A stretch of DNA of 64,000 bases from an uncultured Lachnospiraceae bacterium (GTDB lineage: Bacteria > Bacillota > Clostridia > Lachnospirales > Lachnospiraceae), in contig CAJTRL010000014.1 of NCBI GenBank assembly GCA_910578715.1, positions 3,876 through 67,875 of the forward strand, written 5' to 3'. The position numbers were made by a program, and so were the translations under genes. Each line of letters starts with the position of its first letter. The first letter of the stretch is position 1. Positions 1-9,672 of this stretch are shown piece after piece. The notes below the pieces were generated by a model. The model had not been told where the DNA came from, searched no databases, and saw nothing but the letters and a program-made list of their open reading frames with translations.

Positions 1-165
1 GGGAAATGCGAAAAATCAGGGAGTTTTTTTATTCATAAGAAATCTTTGGTTACGAGTTTCTGAGACCGCAGTTACCGGCAGTCAAGGACACAGTTACCGG
101 CAGTTTTACGGGCCGGGGCACGAATCGTCAGACAAGCAGAAAGTATCACAGACCAAGAGGAGGGC

Positions 166-636
166 ATGGTTATGAATATGAAATATATACCGGCGGCAAT
201 GGACATGGCGGATGCAATCCACAATGTTTTACATACTTCCATCAAAACTGTTTATCCCAAGTATTATCCGAAAGAAGTGGTAGATTTCTTCTGTCATCAT
301 CATAGCAGAGAGCATATTTTGGAAGGCATTGCTTCAGGTAACATGGGCGTACTGACGGACGGCGTCGAGATTGTCGGAACAGGCTGCTTTGACGGTAACC
401 ATATTACGGGCGTCTATGTTTTGCCCCGTTACCAGAAAAAAGGCTGCGGTACGCAGATTATGAATTTTCTGGAAGCGGAAATCGGAAAAAAACACGGTAA
501 GTCCGTGTTAGACGCTTCTCTTCCGGCGGCGGCTTTATATGAGCACAGGGGCTATCGGACGGTGGGACATGGTATTTATGAGCTGGAAAATGATGTGAAA
601 CTGGTGTATGAGGTAATGGAGAAAAAACTGCATTAA
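166..636 (+). CDS. GNAT family N-acetyltransferase
   Basis: 156-aa ORF with a GNAT-type acetyl-CoA pocket motif (YVLPRYQKKGCGTQIM). SD GAGGAGGG upstream. In-frame ATGs at 166/172/178, so the exact start is uncertain. Confidence 0.8.
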   Translation: MVMNMKYIPAAMDMADAIHNVLHTSIKTVYPKYYPKEVVDFFCHHHSREHILEGIASGNMGVLTDGVEIVGTGCFDGNHITGVYVLPRYQKKGCGTQIMNFLEAEIGKKHGKSVLDASLPAAALYEHRGYRTVGHGIYELENDVKLVYEVMEKKLH

Positions 637-714
637 AGAGAATGCCTGTACCAATGCGCTTTGGGAGTTGCGCTTTCAGCGTCAGGCTCAAAGCTCGCAG
701 GCTATGGGAAAGGA

Positions 715-1248
715 ATGGTTATTCGTATGATAATAGAAAAAGCCAAATCCGCCGATATCGATGAGGTGGAAACGCTGTACAATGACGTATGCGATTATCT
801 GGCGGATAAGGAATATAATCCGGGCTGGCGCAAAGGATATTTTCCGGCCAGAGAAAATGCACAATTTTTTCTGGATGACAATGCCCTCTATGTGGCAAGA
901 AAGGACGGGAAAATCGTCGGCTCGCTGGCTTTGAGCCATTCGCCGGACAGTGAACCCGGCGAAGAGACGGAAACTGTCAGGATTGAATATGACGACATCT
1001 TGTATCTGCATCTTGTGATGGTTCATCCGGCCTGTCTGCGGCAGGGAATCGGCCTGGAGATGTTCCGGTTTGCGGAACAGACTGGAAAACAGGAGGGCGT
1101 CCGGTGTCTGCGTCTTTATGTCTATGAAAAGAATAATGTGGCGATAAAAGCATATGAAAAGGGCGGATTCCGATACATTGGAAAAGAAGATATCGGCCTG
1201 AGAGAATACGGATTAGAGTGGTTTTATTTATATGAAAAAGAAATATGA
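715..1248 (+). CDS. GNAT family N-acetyltransferase
   Basis: The ORF-track ORF starts at TTG 661. ATG 715 follows GGGAAAGGA. Motif LVMVHPACLRQGIG is typical of the GNAT core. Confidence 0.8.
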   Translation: MVIRMIIEKAKSADIDEVETLYNDVCDYLADKEYNPGWRKGYFPARENAQFFLDDNALYVARKDGKIVGSLALSHSPDSEPGEETETVRIEYDDILYLHLVMVHPACLRQGIGLEMFRFAEQTGKQEGVRCLRLYVYEKNNVAIKAYEKGGFRYIGKEDIGLREYGLEWFYLYEKEI

Positions 1249-1255
1249 AGTGTTG

Positions 1256-1280
1256 AATAAATTCAACATTTGAATTTATT
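1256..1280 (+). terminator. AT-rich perfect hairpin after the GNAT gene
   Basis: AATAAATTCAA-cat-TTGAATTTATT, an 11-bp perfect stem 8 nt after stop 1248. Confidence 0.5.
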
Positions 1281-1315
1281 TGAGTGTCTGCAAAAGCAGA
1301 CAGATGGGAGTAAAA

Positions 1316-2017
1316 ATGAAAATAGAAACAATTCGCTGCGGTCAGTCGAATGTCTATCTGTTGAATGGCGAAAATGGTAAGGCCGTGCTCATTGATACGG
1401 GAACGTCGGGCTGGCGGGACAAAGTTCTGGAATGCTGCCAGGAAGCGGATGTCGGTCTGATAATACTGACACATGGCCATTTCGACCATTGCCAGAGCGC
1501 GGCATATCTTGCAGAGAAGCTGAATTGTCCCGTGGGAATTGCGGAGGAGGACGTACCTTTGCTGGAAGCGCATCAGAAAAGGAAGGTCTTTGGAAAAGGA
1601 ATCTGGGGGCGTTTTTATGCCTGGGCCTCCAACCGCAATATCCGTACTAATGAAATCGAAGCCGTGGCGCCGGGCGTCATTCTGAAGGAAGGCATGTCCC
1701 TGTCGGAATATGGCATTGACGGAAATATCGTAAAACTTGCCGGACATACCAAAGGCTCGATAGGCGTAAGGTTATCCACCGGAGAGCTTTTTGTAGGGGA
1801 TGCAATGCAGAATATTTTATTTCCGGCGGTTACATGGTGTTATGAGGATGAGGAGCAGGCCGGAATCAGTGCCCGGAGGATTCAAAATATGGATGTCACG
1901 AAATTATTTTTCGGACACGGCTGGCCTAAGAACGGATATTTACCACGACATCCGTCTGTATGGGAGCGAATTATCCAAAATGACAGGAAAGGAGATAAGA
2001 CAAAATGTTGCGATTAA
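1316..2017 (+). CDS. MBL-fold metallo-hydrolase
   Basis: THGHFDH metal-binding motif. ATG 1316 follows GGGAG. The ORF-track start at 1280 lies inside a palindrome. Confidence 0.8.
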   Translation: MKIETIRCGQSNVYLLNGENGKAVLIDTGTSGWRDKVLECCQEADVGLIILTHGHFDHCQSAAYLAEKLNCPVGIAEEDVPLLEAHQKRKVFGKGIWGRFYAWASNRNIRTNEIEAVAPGVILKEGMSLSEYGIDGNIVKLAGHTKGSIGVRLSTGELFVGDAMQNILFPAVTWCYEDEEQAGISARRIQNMDVTKLFFGHGWPKNGYLPRHPSVWERIIQNDRKGDKTKCCD

Positions 2018-2520
2018 GACCCTATAAACCATGCGATGCGGAGGCGATTACTTCCTGGATAAAGGATGAAACGACATTTTACAGGTGGAGCGCGGGAAAA
2101 TACGAAAAATATCCGGTTACGGCGGAGGATATGAACGCATTTTACGATGCGAATGCTTTTTCGGACAGTTTTTTTGAAATGACAGCCTTTGATGGGGATG
2201 GAGTGGCCGGGCATCTGATTATGCGGTTTCCGGACGAGAATAAGAAAATGGTTCGTTTCGGTTTCATCATTGTGGACGACGGCAGACGAGGAAAGGGCTA
2301 TGGAAGGCAGATGCTGCAGCTTGCCATAAAATATGCGTTTGAAATTCTGATGGCGGACAGGATTACGCTCGGCGTGTTTGAAGATAACATTCCCGCGTAT
2401 CGCTGTTATCAATCTGTGGGATTTCAGGAAACGGGACGGATAGAACGCTATCGGATTGCGGGGGAAGAATGGAAGTGCAAAGAACTGGAACTGCTGAGGC
2501 CGGACAGATGCGGGGAATAG
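2005..2520 (+). CDS. GNAT family N-acetyltransferase
   Basis: 171 aa with RRGKGYGRQML motif. SD AAAGGAG upstream. Overlaps the previous stop. Confidence 0.8.
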   Translation: MLRLRPYKPCDAEAITSWIKDETTFYRWSAGKYEKYPVTAEDMNAFYDANAFSDSFFEMTAFDGDGVAGHLIMRFPDENKKMVRFGFIIVDDGRRGKGYGRQMLQLAIKYAFEILMADRITLGVFEDNIPAYRCYQSVGFQETGRIERYRIAGEEWKCKELELLRPDRCGE

Positions 2521-3056
2521 ACCGGATTATTGTCTGCGGAGGAAACGGGGCCGGAAAAAGTACATTGGGAAGAAAATTGGCCGAAGTGTCAGGATATCAA
2601 TTTAGAGACATTGAAGAATACTATTTTCCCGAAGTGGATTCGCTCTATCCTTATGCGGCGGCGCGGACAAAGGAAGAGGTGGGGAGACTGCTTTTGGAGG
2701 ATATGCGGAAATATCCGCGGTTTATTCTTGCGTCGGTCAAAGGGGATTACGGAAAAGAAGTGGAGTCACTTTTTACCCGTGCTGTGCTTATCAGCGTACC
2801 AGGAGACATTCGGATGGAGCGTGTGAGGAACAGGTCTTTTCAGAAATTTGGCAGCCGGATGCTTCCCGGCGGCGCTCTATACGATAAGGAAGAGGCGTTT
2901 TTTTCGATGGTGGAGAAACGTCCCGCAACGATTGCGGAGGACTGGCTGGCAGCCGTTTCCATACCGGTCATTCGGGTGGATGGAACGGAAACGGTTTCTA
3001 AAAATGTGGATAAAATAATGGAGGCGCTTCATGTACAAAATCCTGATTGTGGATGA
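2508..3056 (+). CDS. P-loop NTPase, nucleoside/nucleotide-kinase-like
   Basis: Walker A CGGNGAGKST near the N-terminus when started at ATG 2508 (GAGG 8 nt upstream). Specific function not recognisable. Confidence 0.6.
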   Translation: MRGIDRIIVCGGNGAGKSTLGRKLAEVSGYQFRDIEEYYFPEVDSLYPYAAARTKEEVGRLLLEDMRKYPRFILASVKGDYGKEVESLFTRAVLISVPGDIRMERVRNRSFQKFGSRMLPGGALYDKEEAFFSMVEKRPATIAEDWLAAVSIPVIRVDGTETVSKNVDKIMEALHVQNPDCG

Positions 3057-3702
3057 TGAAGAGGGAGTTGTCAGTTTATTAAAAGATTACCTTGAACTGA
3101 ACCAATATGAAACGATGTGCGCTTATAATGGTCTGGAGGCGGTGGGAAAGTCGAAAGAAAATCCCGATTTGATTCTGCTGGATATTAATATGCCGGGGAT
3201 GGACGGCCTTTTCGTATGCAGACAGATACGGGATTATGTGGACTGCCCGATTATCTTTCTCACGGCGCGCATAGAAGATGCGGATAAAATCAAAGGCTTT
3301 GCCGCTGGTGGCGACGATTATATGGTAAAGCCTTTTTCCATAGACGAACTGGGCGCGCGGGTGGCCGCGCATATCAGACGGGAGCATCGGAACACGAGAC
3401 AGGCTAACGTACGTTACTTTGGGAATCTTGCGATAGACTATACAGCCAAAACGGTGTCGGCAAACGGAAATGGGATGGATTTTCCGAAGAAGGAGTTTGA
3501 AATTCTGGAACTGCTTTCTATGAACGCCGGACAGGTCTTTGATAAAGAACGAATTTACGAACTGCTCTGGGGCTATGACGCACAGGGGGACAGCGGCGTG
3601 GTAGCCGAGCATATCCGCCGCATCCGGGTAAGACTGCGGGCGGCAGGGGAAGAACATCACCTTGAGACAGTATGGGGGCTTGGGTACAAATGGGTCGGAT
3701 AA
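3031..3702 (+). CDS. OmpR-family response regulator
   Basis: Receiver domain (ILIVDDE ... DLILLDINMPGMDG) plus winged-helix C-terminus (VWGLGYKW). Confidence 0.9.
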   Translation: MYKILIVDDEEGVVSLLKDYLELNQYETMCAYNGLEAVGKSKENPDLILLDINMPGMDGLFVCRQIRDYVDCPIIFLTARIEDADKIKGFAAGGDDYMVKPFSIDELGARVAAHIRREHRNTRQANVRYFGNLAIDYTAKTVSANGNGMDFPKKEFEILELLSMNAGQVFDKERIYELLWGYDAQGDSGVVAEHIRRIRVRLRAAGEEHHLETVWGLGYKWVG

Positions 3703-5057
3703 AAAAACTGATTTTTCAGAGAACTTCCCGAAATGCTTCTCAGGGCACTGTTCAGGGTTTTTCCCGGACAATTCAACCGCGCAATTCTTTGAAATGGCGG
3801 ATTCTGCTCTATATGCCGATACCGATTCTGCTGGCGCTTTTCGGCGTTTACCAAATCGGTTATGCGGTAAACGATTTGCAGACATGGTATATGGAAACTG
3901 TTTTTACAGGAAGCGGACTGGACGTTTCGGAGAAGGAAGCGGATGATTCCATGATTGCATATGAAGGCGGTAATTATACGGTATATAAAACGGAGGATGG
4001 CGTTTCTCATTATATATTTCACAACGTCAAAAGCGCGGGAACGAAAGGAGAGGCTTTTGGCTACTGGCTGATTTCTTTTGGACAGGTAGCGCTGATGACT
4101 TTATGGGTTGCGGCCTGTATTTTTGCGGGCGGATATTTATATTATAAAAGAGAGATGGAAAAGGCCATTCGGCAGCTTTTGTACTCGGCGGAACAAATTG
4201 CAGATAACCGCCTTGATTTTAAAATGGAAAAGACGAGGGCGAATGAACTCGGCATGGTATGCGATGCTTTTGAAAAGATGCGTGCCTCTTTGTATGAGAC
4301 AAGTCAGGAGAATTTCCGGATTCTGGAGGAACGGAAACGGCTGAATGCTGCTTTTGCCCATGATATGCGCAATCCGGTTACGGTACTGAAAGGCTATGCG
4401 GATTTACTGGAGCGTTATGTTCCCGGGCAACAAATCAGCCCGGAAAAAGAACTGGAAATCATCCGTATGGTGCGCGGCCAGACAAAGCGGCTGGAGAACT
4501 ATGTTCGGAAGATGAGCGAAGTGCAGAAGCTGGAAGATATTACGCCCTCATATGAAGAGACGGATTATGGGGAGCTGATTTTCCTGTGTACGGAAACCGC
4601 CAGACAACTGGACGAACGGATAATCGTCCGGGAAGGCAGCGCGTTGGAAACGGAAATGACATTGGAGCCGGAAACGAAAGCAAAGGCCGCATCGGCAAGG
4701 TCATACCCGGATAAAATCTGCATCGACAGAGAACTGGCGCTTGAAGTGCTGGAAAATCTTTTATCTAATGCTTCCACATATGCGAAAACCAGAATCCTTC
4801 TGTCCATCACAAAAGGAACACATGAGCTGGTATTTCGCGTCGAAGACGATGGCAATGGCTTTTCCGCGGAAGCGCTGCGGATGGCGGCCAGTCCTTTTTA
4901 CCGGGAAGAAGGAGCTGAGGACAGGCTGCATTTCGGTCTTGGACTGTATATTTGCAAGCTGATTTGTGAAAAATGCGGCGGCAGACTGACGTTTGCGAAC
5001 GGCCCGGAAGGGACCGGCGGTGTAGTGTGTGCGGTATTTGCGCTGGGCGGGAAATGA
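3690..5057 (+). CDS. Sensor histidine kinase
   Basis: Two TM segments, H-box FAHDMRNP, HATPase motifs (DDGNGF, GLGLYI). Start at 3690 or 3672, overlapping the RR stop. Confidence 0.85.
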   Translation: MGRIKKLIFQRTSRNASQGTVQGFSRTIQPRNSLKWRILLYMPIPILLALFGVYQIGYAVNDLQTWYMETVFTGSGLDVSEKEADDSMIAYEGGNYTVYKTEDGVSHYIFHNVKSAGTKGEAFGYWLISFGQVALMTLWVAACIFAGGYLYYKREMEKAIRQLLYSAEQIADNRLDFKMEKTRANELGMVCDAFEKMRASLYETSQENFRILEERKRLNAAFAHDMRNPVTVLKGYADLLERYVPGQQISPEKELEIIRMVRGQTKRLENYVRKMSEVQKLEDITPSYEETDYGELIFLCTETARQLDERIIVREGSALETEMTLEPETKAKAASARSYPDKICIDRELALEVLENLLSNASTYAKTRILLSITKGTHELVFRVEDDGNGFSAEALRMAASPFYREEGAEDRLHFGLGLYICKLICEKCGGRLTFANGPEGTGGVVCAVFALGGK

Positions 5058-5256
5058 GGACAGTGACGGAGCAGTTTAAAAGTCGTCTGCAGTATGGCGA
5101 ACGCTGCAAGCTATAAAGGCAGATTTTGGAAAAAGAATTTCACAAAAGTAGATAAAAAATTGAAAATTGTATCTTACGATAATGGTGCATGGAAACGTGC
5201 ATCATTTTTTGTGCGAGCAATGAGCCGGGCGGGATGAGCAGGAATGGAGGATTCAT

Positions 5257-6264
5257 ATGGAAAATCAAATCATCATGGAACACGTCAATAAGTATTACGG
5301 AAAAAAGCAGGCTCTGAAGGACATCAATCTGACAATCGGCCAGGGAATGTTCGGGTTACTGGGGAGAAACGGCGCGGGAAAAAGCACGCTCATGAAAATT
5401 CTGGCGACGCTGCATGGAAAGCAGAGCGGCAGCATTACCGTATGCGGAGTGCCGATTGAAAATGACAAAGAAATCAGGAGCATAACAGGCTATCTGCCAC
5501 AGGATTTTTCCATGTACCCTTTTATGACAGTGGGAGAGGCGCTGGATTATCTTGGTATGTTATCGGAAATCCCGAAAAAGGAACGGAGACAGAGAATCGA
5601 CGATTTATTGGAAAAAGTGCATTTGTCCGGGGAACGGCATAAAAAAATACGAAGTCTTTCAGGCGGTATGAAGCGGCGGCTTGGCATCGCCCAGGCTTTG
5701 CTGCATGACCCGCGCGTGCTGATTGTGGACGAGCCGACGGCGGGGCTTGACCCGGAAGAACGCATCCGTTTCCGGAATCTGCTGTGCGAGGTAGCGGAAG
5801 AGCGGATTGTGATTCTTTCCACGCATATTGTGGGGGATATTGAAGCCGCCTGTGAAAATCTGGCGGTTTTAAATGAGGGAGAAATTCTCTGGAAGGGGAC
5901 GCTGGATGAAATTCTGTCAGACGCTTCGGGCAAAGTTTACCGGGCGGAAATAAACAGCAGAGAGCTGGCGCGGATAAAAAAGAATTACCCTGTGACAGGT
6001 ATGCTGAAACAGGGAGACCATATTCTGGTCCGTTTTCTTTCCGGGACGGCGCCGGATGTGCCGGGCGCACTCCCCGAAGAAGCGAACTGCGAAGACGCGT
6101 ATTTGTACTGCCTTGCGCAGCACGGATGCGAAGTGATGGGCGGGAAATCGACGGATTGCAGAACGACTGGCGAAGACGAGATGATTTGTGGAACAATGGA
6201 GAAAGAAGCATCAGACCGGAAGAAAGCAGACCGCAGAACAGGAGGTGGGAAGACATGTTTCTGA
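5257..6264 (+). CDS. ABC transporter ATP-binding protein
   Basis: Walker A GRNGAGKST, signature LSGGMKRR, Walker B LIVDEP. Confidence 0.9.
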   Translation: MENQIIMEHVNKYYGKKQALKDINLTIGQGMFGLLGRNGAGKSTLMKILATLHGKQSGSITVCGVPIENDKEIRSITGYLPQDFSMYPFMTVGEALDYLGMLSEIPKKERRQRIDDLLEKVHLSGERHKKIRSLSGGMKRRLGIAQALLHDPRVLIVDEPTAGLDPEERIRFRNLLCEVAEERIVILSTHIVGDIEAACENLAVLNEGEILWKGTLDEILSDASGKVYRAEINSRELARIKKNYPVTGMLKQGDHILVRFLSGTAPDVPGALPEEANCEDAYLYCLAQHGCEVMGGKSTDCRTTGEDEMICGTMEKEASDRKKADRRTGGGKTCF

Positions 6265-7457
6265 CAGAATGTGCCAAACTATGCCGCTCCTTTGTATTCT
6301 GGATTTTTGCGGCGGCAATCTTTCTGGTATATCTGACACAGTTTGCGCCGGAGCTGGAAGCAAAGATGGCGGAGCCAACGGAGGAAAATGCTTCTTACGG
6401 AAGCGTCCTGACGAAAGACCCGGATGTGATAATGCCTGCGGCGGTAAAAAATCTTGTGGAGGAATACCTGGAAGGGTCTTATACGGCTTATCCGCTGATG
6501 TTCTATAAGAAAGTGTTTTTAAAGGAAGAAGAAACGGCCCGCATGGCGGCAATTCTGGAAGAGCTGACGGGACTGACAAAGGAGGAGCTTAATTCTTTTA
6601 CTGCATATGAACCGGCCGGATATTATTATGAAAGTACGGACGGCGGCCGGCCGGCGGAATGGCACGAAGCTGTTTTGCCGGATTATACGTTGACAGGGGT
6701 AAGCTATGAGCGCTTTCTGGAGCTGATGAAACAGGCCGATGATTTAATCGGAGGCGGTTCCAGCTATGCGGAGAAAAAACTGATAACGGAGTTTTCCACG
6801 GTTCCGATGGATTATAGAACGGCGTTAGAGGAATATCATACCATTGTGACCGGGGAGGAGATAGGAGCGGCTTATGTCAGATTATACTGCGACTACATGG
6901 GACTTTTTCTGGCAGTCATGCCGGTTTTTGCGGCCGCTGCTTTCTGGGATATGGACAGAAGGAGCCGGACCGGGGCGGTGGTTTACAGCAGAAAAGCGTC
7001 TTCCGTCAAAATAGTGGGAATGCGGTATGCCGCACTGGTATTTTGTATGCTGCTTCCTTTATTGCTGACGCTGCTTCATGCGGTAGTCTGCCTGAACGGA
7101 CTTTACCCAGAACTGGATATTGCGTGGGGGAGAGGATTTGGGCTGGCCGTTGTCTGGCTGCTGCCGGAACTGATGACCGTTACTGCAGCTGGCGTGGCGG
7201 CGACGGAACTTCTTTCGCCTCTGGCCGCGGTTTTCTTACAGGGTGTCTGGTGGTATCTGGCGGTCGGGCAAAATGAGCTGACCGGAACGATGACGAAGTG
7301 GGGGCTTGTACTGCGGCACAATAGTCTGACGGGGCTCCGGATTTTTCAGGAAGAATACCGGACCTTTGTATGGAACAGGTGCTTTTATCTGGCTGTGGCT
7401 TTTGTGCTCGTAATGGTAGAAATATTTTTATTCCATAGAAAAAGACGGGGTCATTGA
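6255..7457 (+). CDS. ABC-2-type transporter membrane protein (putative)
   Basis: ATG 6255 follows GGAGGTGGG and overlaps the ATPase stop. Multi-TM protein with a large extracytoplasmic loop. Call rests on context with the ATPase. Confidence 0.6.
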   Translation: MFLTECAKLCRSFVFWIFAAAIFLVYLTQFAPELEAKMAEPTEENASYGSVLTKDPDVIMPAAVKNLVEEYLEGSYTAYPLMFYKKVFLKEEETARMAAILEELTGLTKEELNSFTAYEPAGYYYESTDGGRPAEWHEAVLPDYTLTGVSYERFLELMKQADDLIGGGSSYAEKKLITEFSTVPMDYRTALEEYHTIVTGEEIGAAYVRLYCDYMGLFLAVMPVFAAAAFWDMDRRSRTGAVVYSRKASSVKIVGMRYAALVFCMLLPLLLTLLHAVVCLNGLYPELDIAWGRGFGLAVVWLLPELMTVTAAGVAATELLSPLAAVFLQGVWWYLAVGQNELTGTMTKWGLVLRHNSLTGLRIFQEEYRTFVWNRCFYLAVAFVLVMVEIFLFHRKRRGH

Positions 7458-7458
7458 T

Positions 7459-8085
7459 ATGAAGATAAAGTTTGAAATCTTAACCTCGAATCTGCGCCAT
7501 CATTTCCTGATGCCGTTTCTGTCGGCTGTGGCGGTTCTGGCGCTGACGGCAGTTTTCTTTCCGGTTACGGCGCTGAAAGGAAATGATGTGAGCAAGCCGT
7601 TGGAATATTTTCTGCCCTTTGCGGGGGCGGCTCTGCTGACGCCGATATTTTTACCTGAGCAGGACAGCAGCATCGGGGATGTTGTCGAAGCTAAGAAAAT
7701 AAACGGGTTCGTTACATATAAATTACGACTGTTATGTTCCGCCGCCGCACTGTGTATGCTAATTGTTCTATTTATTTTCATTATGTACTTGAACGAATGC
7801 GAAGTACGGTGGTATCATGTCTATGCCAGTATTTCTTCCGCGCTTTTTATGGGAGGCATCGGGTTTCTGGTTTCCGGCGTAAGTGAAAATGTGATTGCCG
7901 GATATATGGCGGCTTTTCTATATTATATCGCATGTTATGGAATGAAAAACCAGCTCGGTTTTTTCTGGCTTTTTCGGATGAGTGTGGGACTCCGGCCTGA
8001 AAAAACATGGCTTTTGTGCGGCGGTATTGTTCTGATTGTGCTGACTTTTGAAATCAGGAAAATGCGGCGGAAGCGGCGGGGATAA
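7459..8085 (+). CDS. Integral membrane protein (probable second transporter subunit)
   Basis: 208 aa with about 6 hydrophobic segments. Start is 2 nt after the previous stop. Confidence 0.5.
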   Translation: MKIKFEILTSNLRHHFLMPFLSAVAVLALTAVFFPVTALKGNDVSKPLEYFLPFAGAALLTPIFLPEQDSSIGDVVEAKKINGFVTYKLRLLCSAAALCMLIVLFIFIMYLNECEVRWYHVYASISSALFMGGIGFLVSGVSENVIAGYMAAFLYYIACYGMKNQLGFFWLFRMSVGLRPEKTWLLCGGIVLIVLTFEIRKMRRKRRG

Positions 8086-8144
8086 AAGGGGATAAAAATA
8101 GTGTTAAAACAAGATTTAACATAAAAAGAAAGGCAATTGATACG

Positions 8145-8234
8145 ATGAAATTATGTATTGCAGCAGCTCCATGCAAAGTTTGACAGGGCAGAATTGCATG
8201 GAGCAAAAATAGGAGAACTGCCCGCAGACTTTGC
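8145..8234 (+). promoter_or_regulatory. Candidate leader peptide (MKLCIAAAPCKV) plus two mutually exclusive hairpins
   Basis: 12-codon ORF 8145-8183 after AGAAAGG. Hairpin 1: CTCCATGCAA 8167-8176 / TTGCATGGAG 8194-8203. Hairpin 2: 8173-8191 / 8218-8234. Lies upstream of the MFS gene. Confidence 0.35.
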
Positions 8235-8286
8235 AAAATTTCAAAAGTTAAAAGTAGATTTAGCAATTTGAAAAGGAGCAAAGTCC

Positions 8287-9621
8287 ATGAAAATAATAAA
8301 AAATGATAGAAATATCTTCGCAAGAAAGAATACCTTTCGGGAAATGAAAATGTTTCTGCTTCTCTGGAGCACCCAGTCCCTGTCCGGGCTTGGGAGTGCG
8401 ATGACGGCTTATGCGCTCGTCATCTGGTCTTACACGCAGAAAGGCTCGGCGCTGATGACGGCGCTTCTAATGGTAAGTTCTTATGCGCCTTATGTGCTTT
8501 TTAGCATTTTTGCGGGAGCGCTCAGCGACAAGTGGAACAAAAAGGCGACCATGCTGGTCTGCGATACGGCGGCAGCATTAACAACGGTTGTTATGCTAAT
8601 TTTACTGCGGAATGATGCGCTTCAAATATGGCATTTGTATTTGCTCAACGCGGTTAATGGCCTGATGAATACCGTACAGCAGCCGGCGTCGGAAGTGGCG
8701 GTCACAAGGATACTTCCGAAAAAATATTATCAGCGGGTGGGCGGTCTGCGATATCTTTCCAGTTCCCTGACCTCGATTATGACGCCGGTCATCGCAACGG
8801 CGGTGATGGGAATGGCGGGAATGGAAGCGGTCGTGGCAGTCGATTTGTGTTCCTTCGGGATTGCTTTTCTGGTGCTGTTGTTTGTCATCAGGATTCCGGA
8901 AAAGGAAGCGGATGCGGCAGAAAGGGAGAAACTGTTTCTCTCTGTCCGGAAGGGAATCGGATATCTGGTGAAGGAGCGGGGAATCTTAGGACTGATTCTG
9001 TTCCTGGCGGCGATTAATCTGGTTGCTTCCGTTTATAATGCGGCGTTTCCGGCGATGATGCTTTCGCGGAACGGCGGAAGCGAAAAAGCGTTGGGAATGG
9101 TCAATATGGTTATCGGCATTGCAACGCTGACGGGAAGCATTCTGGCATCTTTGCTGAAAGCGCCCAGGAGCCGGGTGCGGGTTATCTGCAACAGTCTGCT
9201 CTTTGCCATGAGTACGGAAAATTTTCTGCTGGCTTTCGGGAGAACGCCGTTATTTTGGTGCATCGGAGGTTTTCTTGGCTGGATTGCCATACCGGTTATG
9301 AATGCAAATCTGGACGCGGTTATGCGGCTGCATACGCCGGAAGAAATGCAGGGACGCATTTATGCTGTCAGAAATTCCTTTCAGTTTTTTACAATTCCGG
9401 TGGGGTATCTGCTCGGCGGATTTCTGGTGGATTCGGTATTCGAGCCGGTGATGGCGCGCCAGAAGAACGGAAGTGTTCTTTTTTGGATGTTCGGAAGTGG
9501 AAAAGGTTCCGGCGCGGCATTTCTTTTTTTCATTCTCGCTTTTGTGGGAATCGGCGTCTGCCTCTGGTTCCGGCACGATAAACATATCTGGGAGCTGGAA
9601 AGAGAAGACGGCGGCTTATAA
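8287..9621 (+). CDS. MFS transporter (drug/macrolide-efflux-like subfamily)
   Basis: 444 aa with about 12 TM segments. SD AAAGGAG upstream. Confidence 0.85.
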   Translation: MKIIKNDRNIFARKNTFREMKMFLLLWSTQSLSGLGSAMTAYALVIWSYTQKGSALMTALLMVSSYAPYVLFSIFAGALSDKWNKKATMLVCDTAAALTTVVMLILLRNDALQIWHLYLLNAVNGLMNTVQQPASEVAVTRILPKKYYQRVGGLRYLSSSLTSIMTPVIATAVMGMAGMEAVVAVDLCSFGIAFLVLLFVIRIPEKEADAAEREKLFLSVRKGIGYLVKERGILGLILFLAAINLVASVYNAAFPAMMLSRNGGSEKALGMVNMVIGIATLTGSILASLLKAPRSRVRVICNSLLFAMSTENFLLAFGRTPLFWCIGGFLGWIAIPVMNANLDAVMRLHTPEEMQGRIYAVRNSFQFFTIPVGYLLGGFLVDSVFEPVMARQKNGSVLFWMFGSGKGSGAAFLFFILAFVGIGVCLWFRHDKHIWELEREDGGL

Positions 9622-9672
9622 AAACGAACGACAAAACAGGGACGGTGTATCATACACCGCCCCTGTCTTTGT

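Noticed and set aside
3672-3689. Upstream start for the first histidine kinase, and similar N-terminal extensions (661, 1280, 2469, 6126, 13806, 24982, 25521, 40185, 42445, 45526, 48232, 56855, 27629)
   Set aside because: In each case an internal start has a proper SD, or ATGA/overlap coupling to the previous gene, and begins the recognisable domain. The extensions are low-complexity or overlap the upstream gene.
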